32,000 bases of DNA, from positions 2,610,001 to 2,642,000 of the forward strand of contig NZ_CP042905.2 of NCBI RefSeq assembly GCF_008000775.2, in the 5' to 3' direction. Below are positions 15,601 to 23,455 of the stretch, one piece after another. The position numbers were made by a program, and so were the translations under genes. The notes under the pieces are model-generated. The model was not told the origin of the DNA and made no database searches. It saw nothing but the letters and a program-made list of their open reading frames with translations. The first letter of the stretch is position 1; the number at the start of each line of letters is the position of its first letter. Origin of the DNA: Promethearchaeum syntrophicum. GTDB lineage: Archaea; Asgardarchaeota; Lokiarchaeia; Sigyniarchaeales; Promethearchaeaceae.

Positions 15601-16591
15601 TCCTAAATCATCCTTGTTACCAATTGGGACATATCACGGTTTAATAGATTTTAGTTTAGAAAATTATCAATCAAGTTATGCGAGTGTTCAACTTGATATA
15701 CTTCCTATACCTTTATCTTTAACACTTGAAGGGGGAACAAGTGAAGTTGAAAATGATCTTGAAATATCCCCTGATTACAATATTGAAAGAGGGGAACAGT
15801 TCTATTTTAGTTTAGATATATTAGATATTTATGATAATCCAGTTGAAAATTGTACTATTACATATATATTAAAATTCACAGAAGATAACGAAACCAAGAA
15901 AGGAGATCTTCTAACAGACAACATGGGACACTACTTTGGAAATTTTCCAGAATTATCAAGAATTGGATTATATTCTTTATCATTAACAGTTAGTAAAGCA
16001 AATTATACAGAGGAAACTTATCAATTTTATATTGATGTTGAATATGAAACCCCTATTGGTGATATTCCTCTTCCGTATTTAATTGTAGGCGCAATGATGT
16101 TATTGATAGCAATTTCTGCGGTTGCAGGATATGCGGGTATTAAGAGAATTAGAATTCCTAAATATATCAAAGATCTTACAAAACTTGAGAAAATCCTTAA
16201 AAACACAAATAATGTTCTTCCCGAGCGATATCCGACTCGGATTGAACAATTAGAGGAAAAATATGGAAATAGATGGGTCCAGATAGATTTTAAATTCCCT
16301 CTACAACCACATATTGATGATATTAAAATTTTTATCAATACATATCAAGCAATAACGGGAAAATTATTCTTGAAAGAAGAAGCAAAGCAATTTTTAGATG
16401 ATTTAGTGATATATTCTGAAGAAGAAATTAAACGTCGTCTTGAAGGAGAAAGAATTTTTGGTGAAAACCTTTCAAAATTAATGGAAATTATACTTAATTA
16501 TATCCAAATTACAAATACTCAGCACGATCTTAAAACTGATTCCAGCATAGTTAAAGATGATTTTGATCTAGAATTTGGAGATGAAAAATAA
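12698..16591 (+). CDS. Giant type-I-like surface protein: N-terminal signal/anchor, ~1090-aa sequon-rich ectodomain with carboxypeptidase-regulatory-like beta-sandwich repeats, one C-terminal TM helix and a 149-aa cytoplasmic tail
   Basis: The start MKSKHIMLSYSKIFFKSASFLIILLVTFSQYSIL is hydrophobic. I count 41 N-x-S/T sequons by hand. CarboxypepD_reg-like segments lie at about 13915-14090 and 14186-14356. The TM helix LPYLIVGAMMLLIAISAVAGYAGI (16070-16141) is followed by KRIRIPKY. Confidence 0.75.
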   Translation: MKSKHIMLSYSKIFFKSASFLIILLVTFSQYSILHFDNSNSNQSFVNNEDDLTNINKNAPQSAQDFIDFENAPLLFRIHEKGYIDDRVAANLWYEGFLHSVDYMCYLSINNGEVWALEQFNVVKSLTNLTEFVDGDFTRQLVAESIVQHPEEDVYVKNQIKLYPDEEFFVMTYMIWSETINITSAELFFYNDLDIDETFNDDNADYDPSTELIYSSDKFTHTSLGWISTYPISSWDLGPYTIIEDNVINDALGETISDYGDISLATKYEKKNFNENETWVVPLIYGFATSEADLYTKTVDIKNQFIDDFSVLDFTANLTDNPSVNATILNGGQNELTRNVSVFRNGTYLQSQEITLLPGELDTNVTFDNLLLNPGEYNEITVLINDIINDYQPNNEISHTYLYQERFRINIKDLDGFDVEGLNVSLYHNVSKALIHSAFTDEFGNATFVDLPENNYTLKAYAPWMNENHQLIYEENFTYPDVGDFYQIQSNLTTLILHIMDVEDNSVESASIDIYENFEPETIIWSGLTDQNGNITFLFLNQTYDINVTYFNYEKSLLLEPILDLSLIEKTNRTHQVSLTNLTFHLKNRNIASPTNLTGAKLEFYEKVNSTSFGNYIGFDLVDLIENVSIYWDARINYSIRVIFFGGYCPIGDPEAESLNFTESPYNSYYYLVFNVSIEDYDYLTEIISFNLPPIIYTWEDNIDFKFMINVSGPDYEGPKYADETFIRIQNQNFETVYDGNATNIDGQLGNHSFVLNTSSGIFTSDNPETYFLRIFAQIESYDNPASILLPFSIYNITTDMDLHSSSETLYWKDNFTISANYFNALDNEKIIKDGYATVSWGQNFINYPMQNLGNGTYTIEINSSIGSPGNSIVNVKCYRENYNVQERKFYLNVMEVPTTVNGSILFGSGHSQFVSTQNLTLDYNFIDSYRNISIPDLSPMYSIINSETDEQYTGYLTTNESGFYSFDPKSSLLPIGTYHGLIDFSLENYQSSYASVQLDILPIPLSLTLEGGTSEVENDLEISPDYNIERGEQFYFSLDILDIYDNPVENCTITYILKFTEDNETKKGDLLTDNMGHYFGNFPELSRIGLYSLSLTVSKANYTEETYQFYIDVEYETPIGDIPLPYLIVGAMMLLIAISAVAGYAGIKRIRIPKYIKDLTKLEKILKNTNNVLPERYPTRIEQLEEKYGNRWVQIDFKFPLQPHIDDIKIFINTYQAITGKLFLKEEAKQFLDDLVIYSEEEIKRRLEGERIFGENLSKLMEIILNYIQITNTQHDLKTDSSIVKDDFDLEFGDEK

Positions 16592-17730
16592 TGCCAATTG
16601 GAATATGTTTATGGGAGTGGGATACACGTAGTGGTGCAGAGATATTAGGAACTTGGCCAAGAGATGTTAAGTTAGAAAATAAGACTTTAATGCAATTATA
16701 TTCTCAGCATTTATATAGTGCGAAAGCCGATATTGTTTCTATGTATGTAGGATCTTTAAATGTGTTAAGTATCTGGACCGGATCAATCCACAATTACTTT
16801 TTGACAATTTTATTACACCAAGATGAAGATCCAGAGAATTATTCAGATATTATTTCTGATTCTATGTATTATTTGGTTCCTTATATCCAGAAAGATATAT
16901 ACAAAACATTATTACCTTCGATATTCCAACGTTTTAAAGAATATCCAGATACAAACCTGGAACAAAGGCGAGCTATTTTATATTCAAATGAATTAAACAG
17001 ATCAATTTTAAATCTCTTGCAAGAAGAGGGAGTTTATTATAAAGATGAATTAAAAATCTGGCTTGAAGATTCTTTGAAAAAAAAGGCATTTAATTATGAA
17101 ATGGCTATTGAAAGATTGATTCATAATGATTTAATAAAAGTTTCCTCTGTGAAAGGTGTTGAAGGAACTTATGTGTTTTTAATAAATGACATAGCTTTAC
17201 TTAGAGCACCTCCGCTTGATTTAATTCGAAATTTTCAAATAAAAGGTGATTTGAACCTAAATGATGACATACTTTCCAAAATTCGAAAGTTTTTTCAATT
17301 TTATAAACCATCAGAAAGGGACAATCTTCAGATTTTGAAATTCATGGGTGATACAAATTACTATAAAATATTAAATTTCCTCAGGAAAACAAATGCTAAT
17401 GAATCTACTTTAAAAAAACTTACAATACACGGCGTAGATAATGTCTTCTCATTGATAAATGATTTAGAAAATTTAGATATTGTTGATCATGTAAAAAATA
17501 AAAATGAAGATACAATATATTTCTTAAAATCAGATATAATTATTGATAAAATGACCCCAAAATTTATGATGCGTAGATTATATGATATGAATTATGAAGG
17601 TAAAAAAAATCCTAAGTTAATTCAGAGTTATATTAAAATTTTAAAAGAAAGTTTTTATGAAAATCAAATAAAAAAAGGTAAATTTAAAAAAATAGATGAA
17701 GGTATAGTTTTGGAGGATGTATCTTCGTGA
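16591..17730 (+). CDS. Hypothetical protein: longin-like N-terminal domain plus two winged-helix-like repeats
   Basis: The ATG overlaps the upstream TAA (TAATG), and GGAG lies 10 nt upstream. The N-terminus follows a beta-beta-alpha-beta-beta-alpha pattern (IGICLWEWD / AEILGTWP / TLMQLYSQHLYS / IVSMYVGSLNVLSIW / YFLTILLH / YSDIISDSMYYLV). wH-like segments include NYEMAIERLIHNDLIKVSSVKGVEGTYVFL and NYYKILNFLRK...LINDLENLDIVDHVKNKNEDTIYFL. Confidence 0.6.
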   Translation: MPIGICLWEWDTRSGAEILGTWPRDVKLENKTLMQLYSQHLYSAKADIVSMYVGSLNVLSIWTGSIHNYFLTILLHQDEDPENYSDIISDSMYYLVPYIQKDIYKTLLPSIFQRFKEYPDTNLEQRRAILYSNELNRSILNLLQEEGVYYKDELKIWLEDSLKKKAFNYEMAIERLIHNDLIKVSSVKGVEGTYVFLINDIALLRAPPLDLIRNFQIKGDLNLNDDILSKIRKFFQFYKPSERDNLQILKFMGDTNYYKILNFLRKTNANESTLKKLTIHGVDNVFSLINDLENLDIVDHVKNKNEDTIYFLKSDIIIDKMTPKFMMRRLYDMNYEGKKNPKLIQSYIKILKESFYENQIKKGKFKKIDEGIVLEDVSS

Positions 17731-18590
17731 TTCATGAACTTATGATTGTATCCCAAGGAGGGTTATGCATATATTCCTATGAGTTTACAGAAATGCAAGT
17801 TAATCCTCAATTGGTAGCGGGATTTACTACAGCAATTGATACATTTTCCGAATCTCTTTTAGAAAGAAAACAGAATATTGATTCTCTTCAAATGACTAGT
17901 TTAAACCTAAAAATTTCGAGATTTCTTCATGATGCATTATCGATGATTATTTTTTTTAATAAATATGATAATATTGATGTCATAAATTCAATAATGATAG
18001 ATTTACAGACTCAATTTATCGAATCCTTTGGGAATTATGATCTTGAAGATTTTTTTCAGACCTCAATTCTTAAACCCTTTGACAATGTAGCAATTCCATT
18101 ATGTAACATGCATGTTGATATTGGAATGTTAAGTGTTCAATCAACATATAAATCTAAACTATGGGAACTAATCGTAAATATAAATAATAGTAGACCTAAT
18201 GAATCTTCAAATCCTGAACAAATCAAAAAAGAATCAAATACTATTGATTATATTTGCCCAAATCTTCCAAATTGTGATATTTTAATATGGAATCTTGATT
18301 TGGAAGCTGCAGAAATGAATCAAAGCATCTTTCATAATAAACAAATTTTTATTATTGTCATTGAACCCGATTTCGATTTTATTCAGAAATATATTCCAAT
18401 AATTGAAATTTTGAAAAAAAATCATAACGAATCTCTTATGATTGGTGTAATGATGACAGAAAGTGGAACAATAACAAAGAACAATATCGAAAAATTACTT
18501 CAAATCAATATTTTTGAATTAAGTATTAATGAACCGTCAGCAAAGGAGAATCTTGCAGATATAATATATAATTGCGTTCTTGGAATATAA
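17727..18590 (+). CDS. Hypothetical protein: longin/roadblock-like N-terminal domain plus a degenerate Ras-like (pseudo-GTPase) C-terminal domain
   Basis: The GTG start overlaps the upstream TGA (GTGA), and GGAGG lies 10 nt upstream. The N-terminus reads LMIVSQGGLCIYSYEF...PQLVAGFTTAIDTFSESL. The C-terminus aligns by eye to the Ras fold: ILIWNLDLEAAE (cf WDTAGQE), LMIGVMMTES (cf LVGNKxD) and ELSINEPSAKEN (cf ETSAK..N). No intact P-loop. Confidence 0.6.
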   Translation: MIHELMIVSQGGLCIYSYEFTEMQVNPQLVAGFTTAIDTFSESLLERKQNIDSLQMTSLNLKISRFLHDALSMIIFFNKYDNIDVINSIMIDLQTQFIESFGNYDLEDFFQTSILKPFDNVAIPLCNMHVDIGMLSVQSTYKSKLWELIVNINNSRPNESSNPEQIKKESNTIDYICPNLPNCDILIWNLDLEAAEMNQSIFHNKQIFIIVIEPDFDFIQKYIPIIEILKKNHNESLMIGVMMTESGTITKNNIEKLLQINIFELSINEPSAKENLADIIYNCVLGI

Positions 18591-18609
18591 TCTAAGGGTG
18601 AATATTTAT

Positions 18610-19728
18610 ATGAATAATGATTTTGAATCCAAACAAGAAATAAATAACATTTTTCTTTTAGATTTAGGTAGTTCTTTAACAAAAATAGGATTTTCATCTA
18701 ATATATATCCTAGTATAATATGTGATAGTTCTTATGGAATACCACGAATTCATGATGCAGGAAATAATTTAGAAAAAACTCAAAAAATTTATTGTGAAGA
18801 TTTAAATAATTCCACAATTTCGATAAAAAGGATAAATCTATTTACTTATTCTCAACCCAATAATTTAGAATCCATTTTTGAATTCGTTGAGCATCTATTT
18901 AATAAAATGTCCTTACCAACTAAAAACGAAGGATTAATCATTGCTTATTCAAATGAATGGTCGAATTTTTTTCTTTATCAATTACAAGCGTTTTTATTTC
19001 AGCGATTCAATTTTTCATCTATTTTACCAATTAAAACTGATTTCTTATCCCTAATCTCGCATAAAGTAAAAACCGGAGTTGTTCTTGATATTGGTCATTC
19101 TTATTCAAGAGTTATTCAATTTGATAAAGGAAAACCTCTAACAACTGCTGGATTTAAAACAAATGTTGCAGGAAAATTAATTCAAGATTATTTAATAAAA
19201 TTATATAATAATTCACATCCCTATTTACAATCACCGATTTTTGAGCCTCTAATTTCCAGTATTATTAGAGAAAAATGTTTACTTACCTTTGATATCGATA
19301 AATTACTTTCAGATCAATATTTAGATGAGATAATCTCTGAAGAAATTGAAATATCTCAGTTTAAAGAAATATTGATGTTAGGAATTGAGAAATATCTTGC
19401 CCCTGAGGTATTATTTCATCCAAAACTTGCTAATTCAAAAAATTTATCAGTTGATTCCTTAATAATTCAAAGTTTAAAAGAGTGTCATCTATCTTTACGC
19501 AGTAAAGTTTATTCAAATATTATTCTAGCTGGAGGAGGATGTGCATTTAAAAATTTTAAAGAACGACTACTTTCAATATTCTCAAAAATTCCGATGTTAG
19601 CCAATTCAAATATTTTAATTCACTTTGATCCGAGTTTAACTGTCTGGAAAGGAATGTTAGTAGCCGCTAATTCAAATTACTATGGGAAAAATGCTCAGAC
19701 ACAAAATCAATTCTTCGCTAAATTATAA
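18610..19728 (+). CDS. Divergent actin-family (Arp-like) ATPase
   Basis: LDLGSSLTKIGF (phosphate-1), GVVLDIGHSYSRVIQFDKG (phosphate-2), NVAGKLIQDYL, APEVLFHP, IILAGGGCAFKNFKERL (adenosine) and VWKGMLVAA. I prefer the ATG at 18610 with GGTG 9 nt upstream over the TTG at 18580. Confidence 0.85.
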   Translation: MNNDFESKQEINNIFLLDLGSSLTKIGFSSNIYPSIICDSSYGIPRIHDAGNNLEKTQKIYCEDLNNSTISIKRINLFTYSQPNNLESIFEFVEHLFNKMSLPTKNEGLIIAYSNEWSNFFLYQLQAFLFQRFNFSSILPIKTDFLSLISHKVKTGVVLDIGHSYSRVIQFDKGKPLTTAGFKTNVAGKLIQDYLIKLYNNSHPYLQSPIFEPLISSIIREKCLLTFDIDKLLSDQYLDEIISEEIEISQFKEILMLGIEKYLAPEVLFHPKLANSKNLSVDSLIIQSLKECHLSLRSKVYSNIILAGGGCAFKNFKERLLSIFSKIPMLANSNILIHFDPSLTVWKGMLVAANSNYYGKNAQTQNQFFAKL

Positions 19729-20279
19729 ATTATTATTCCTTGCTAAAAATATGATTTAATTAATTCATCTAAATCTTCTAAGACACTATTTTCTCTTTTC
19801 TTTTGTGTTTTTTTAAGCAATTTTTTTGATTTACGTGTATTTGAATTAATTTTTTGTTTTTTAGGCAATTGGGTCTTTAAAATTAGTCTACATTCTCCAA
19901 TTCAAATGGAACTTCTTCTGGTTTTCATTTTAGTTTTAAACTCTTATTAAAATTTCATTAATTTCACTCTTTCGGTCCAATATTTGTTTTTCAATCATGT
20001 TTAGAGCAATTTTAAGAAGAGCAACTTGAGAACTATATATGTTATGTGCATTATGACTTGAATAAAATTTAAGATTTGATTCAAAAAGATGTTTTTTTCG
20101 ATTTAATTTGTGAGTTATTTGAGAATATTTGCAAAAGAACGAAAAATACACTTTATTGGGTATATGTAGAATTTTTTTCATCATTCATACTTCATCACTT
20201 AATTGCTATATATATAATTATCTTCTGATTAAGAAGGAGAAAAAAAAAGGGAAATGTGAAAAAAATGGGGTTATAATAA

Positions 20280-21419
20280 TCATACAGCAAATGAGAATAA
20301 AATACCTATAATGGTAAAGTAAACAATCGCGATTTCTGTAGGTACATACTTCTTCTTCTTATAAAATAGCATATTTACAATAGAAGTAACCAGAATTATC
20401 ACACCAGTGAGTATCCACATACCCGTTGTTGATAAATCAATTAAAGCATGTGGAATTTGATATAGAACTTCTGCCATGAAATATGTAAAGAAGGGTTGTC
20501 TTCCAAATGCCAGTAAATAACCAAGATTCCATTTCATTTTTTTATCAAAAAACACAAATAAAAGTAAGGATAAAATTATTACTCCAAGAGATATCAAACC
20601 AAAACTAAAAGTTGAAATTCTTTTACTAGGTTCCCAACCAGGTATTAAACCAAGTAATAAGCCCACAACCAAATTAATTGCACCCAAAATGGCCATATTT
20701 GTATATTTTTTTTTTGGAGAATGTTCTGTATTAAAAATATAATCCCCAAGAGAAGCAGCAACAACTACAACACCAGAAAGTGTAAAAAATGTACCGAAAA
20801 TCCCACCATGCCACGTTAGACTTGCATAATATCCTATCGGGGTAAAGATTAAAAGAATTTGGTATAATAACATCCAGATATAAGCCGCAATTAATCGAAA
20901 TTTCGGGTCCTTAATACATATAAACGGTAGGGCAACCAATGTTGCTAATCCTAAGGAATGAAGAACATCCCATCTGGGAATTATAAAACCTGCTTCAATT
21001 TTATATTCAAATAACACACCAAAATCAAAGGAAAATTCCACCAACATCAATAGATAACCTAAAAGTAACAATAAAACACCCTTTAATACTACCCTAAGGA
21101 TTGCATTTGATGTATTTTTTTGATCTTTCCGTTTAGTGAAGGACAACACAAAAGATAATCCCAAAATAAACATAAATGCTGGAGTTCCAATATCAAAAAG
21201 GGTCATATAAGTTGCAGTTTCATCAGGATGTTGAGTTAAAAAGAATAGAAATGATCCTTCGGAAACAAAATCTTCCCATGGTTCTACCAATGTTATACAA
21301 AGAAGTAGCATAATTAAACCACGAGCTTGATCAATCCAACGCAATCTTCGACTATCTTCCTTTATTGGTAATGTAAAGGAGATTTTTTTTTTTGGTCTCA
21401 ATTCTTCTTCAACTGTCAT
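20280..21419 (-). CDS. Polytopic membrane protein, HGSNAT-like / DUF1624-DUF5009-type acyltransferase
   Basis: RLRWIDQARGLIMLLL, then H...TLFDIGTPAFMFILGLSF, fits the family N-terminal signature. I count about 10 hydrophobic segments. Confidence 0.5.
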   Translation of the reverse strand: MTVEEELRPKKKISFTLPIKEDSRRLRWIDQARGLIMLLLCITLVEPWEDFVSEGSFLFFLTQHPDETATYMTLFDIGTPAFMFILGLSFVLSFTKRKDQKNTSNAILRVVLKGVLLLLLGYLLMLVEFSFDFGVLFEYKIEAGFIIPRWDVLHSLGLATLVALPFICIKDPKFRLIAAYIWMLLYQILLIFTPIGYYASLTWHGGIFGTFFTLSGVVVVAASLGDYIFNTEHSPKKKYTNMAILGAINLVVGLLLGLIPGWEPSKRISTFSFGLISLGVIILSLLLFVFFDKKMKWNLGYLLAFGRQPFFTYFMAEVLYQIPHALIDLSTTGMWILTGVIILVTSIVNMLFYKKKKYVPTEIAIVYFTIIGILFSFAV

Positions 21420-21870
21420 AAACGCACACCTAATTTATCATATTAGATTTATGTTATATATAATTTGATCGCTTTCTAATCAACGAAAAAAATTAATATT
21501 TTCAATCAATTGGAATTTCGTTGATATCAAAAAGTGATAATTTTTTCTATTTTTCGCATTTTTTTTATTTAATAAATCAGGTATGATGCAGATAGCATAA
21601 AGAAGGTAGAATATCGAGACAAGATCTACGAATTCTGCTATAATAAATAAAGAAAAGCATAATTGGAAGATAGTACATTTTTCAAAAAATAATAAAGCAT
21701 ATCCCCGAGGGATTACCTTTTTTTAAATAGAGAACGACATATTCCAGAGATATTACCGACAAAAAGTACTATTTTGATGTTATTTAGATCATGCTGACCT
21801 TTAGAAATTGCCAAATTTTTTTTTTGATCCCTCTTTATAATAATTATACAATAATATTCGTTAAGATATT

Positions 21871-22092
21871 ATGGAAGTTGATAAAAAAATGGCTAAATGT
21901 CCTGAATGTGGTGGGGAAATGATTGGAAAAATGAAACGAAAGATTTGTGAGACTTGCGGGCTCGCTTTAACCCCCACAGAATATGATCGTGAATGGAGAA
22001 GAATTCATTCAAGCAAGTATACAAAAGATGAAGATCCCGAATCGAAACGTAAAAGAGAGTACTTAGATTGGTATGAATCTAGCAAAAATTAA
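21871..22092 (+). CDS. Small zinc-ribbon protein
   Basis: CPECGG...CETCG. A TATA-like TTTATAATAA at 21834-21843 suggests a near-leaderless mRNA. The start could instead be the ATG at 21889. Confidence 0.55.
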   Translation: MEVDKKMAKCPECGGEMIGKMKRKICETCGLALTPTEYDREWRRIHSSKYTKDEDPESKRKREYLDWYESSKN

Positions 22093-22241
22093 ATGATTTC
22101 AGATAATCGGAGGTTTTCCGACCCGCTAAGAACCAATTTTTTTTCTATCTTAATAATTACATATATTATGAATTATCTTTAAATATTGTATTAGTAATAT
22201 TTAGGTATAAGCCCGTTTCTTTATATTATAGGTGTAAAATA

Positions 22242-23435
22242 ATGGATGAGGATATATTTGAAAAAATACTAAGAACTGAATCAGTTTTCAAAGATCAAGC
22301 CACTTTGGGACAAGCTTGGGTACCGAAGAAAAATCAAAAACTTCTCGCTCGAGATTCAGAAATTAAGAAACTCACAGCAATTCATCGTCCAATTATCGAT
22401 ACTGAAGGTTCCTATTCTGTTAATACTCTTGTTTTAGGAATTGGTGGAATAGGAAAGACATTAACTGTTCGTTTTTTTGGGAGAAGATTTCGCGAAGCAG
22501 TTCTCAAACGGGATATTAAACTTACGATTGAATACTACGATTGTTTACAACATCGGACTAAAAGTTCAATATTGAGAAATATTTCTGAAAGATTACATTA
22601 TAGCGCAGGTCATGGGTATTCCGATAATGAGATAATGGAACAAATTTTGAAAGAACTGAGAAAACGTGAAGAATCTCTTTTAATTATTTTAGATGAAGTT
22701 CATAATTTGTCTTCAGATGATATTCTTGCTTTATTTAATGCATCAATTGGTTTTGGAGAAGCCAATACTCGATTTTGTATCATCGCGATTTCAAGACCTA
22801 CAGACTGGTACAAAGTAGACAATGAAAAAATTTCAAGCAGAACTCAAGATATTCTTAGAATGGAACAATATTCTAAAGATGAAGCTATGGAGATTATGAA
22901 ATATAGAAGGAATTTGGCTTTTCGTGAAGGAGTTTTGGAAGATGATAACTTAGAATTAATTACCGATATAGTTACAGAAAATAAAAATATGAGAATTGGA
23001 ATAGATATGATGAGAGCTTGTGGGATTCGGGCAGACGAACATGGGTTATCATCAATTAATAGTGAGATGATTTTAGAATCTCGAAATTTGATAAATCCAA
23101 CCTTTCGCGCAGATGTAATTGATAATTTACGCCTTCATGAACAAGTTGCACTATGGTCTGTAGCAAAATCATTGCTTAATAGTGGAGAACCTTATACTAA
23201 AGTTGAAGAAACATACGAAATCTATCAAATGTTATGTGAGGATCTAAAAATTAAACCACACGTGAGTATGAGTTTTAGAAAATACATTCGCAATCTAGCA
23301 GATGTAAAAGCGATTCATAAAGATTATTTAAATCCAACGATAGAAAAAAAAGGACGCCAATTAGAAATTAAATTGACTGATATTAGTGCAGATAAGTTAT
23401 GTGAATATTTTGAAAAGAATATTCCTCATGAATAA
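22242..23435 (+). CDS. cdc6: Orc1/Cdc6 replication initiator (AAA+ with C-terminal winged helix)
   Basis: Walker A LGIGGIGKTLTV and Walker B LLIILDEVHNL. Overall length and layout are typical of archaeal Orc1/Cdc6. Confidence 0.85.
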   Translation: MDEDIFEKILRTESVFKDQATLGQAWVPKKNQKLLARDSEIKKLTAIHRPIIDTEGSYSVNTLVLGIGGIGKTLTVRFFGRRFREAVLKRDIKLTIEYYDCLQHRTKSSILRNISERLHYSAGHGYSDNEIMEQILKELRKREESLLIILDEVHNLSSDDILALFNASIGFGEANTRFCIIAISRPTDWYKVDNEKISSRTQDILRMEQYSKDEAMEIMKYRRNLAFREGVLEDDNLELITDIVTENKNMRIGIDMMRACGIRADEHGLSSINSEMILESRNLINPTFRADVIDNLRLHEQVALWSVAKSLLNSGEPYTKVEETYEIYQMLCEDLKIKPHVSMSFRKYIRNLADVKAIHKDYLNPTIEKKGRQLEIKLTDISADKLCEYFEKNIPHE

Positions 23436-23455
23436 GTCAAAATAAAGAATGATTT

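Noticed and set aside
19936-20311. 82-aa minus ORF (19936-20184) and 60-aa plus ORF (20129-20311) between the actin-like gene and the membrane acyltransferase
   Set aside because: They overlap each other and have no motifs or convincing SD or TATA context. I found no alternative ATG-initiated ORF in 19729-19935 either. I treat the interval as intergenic, with low confidence.
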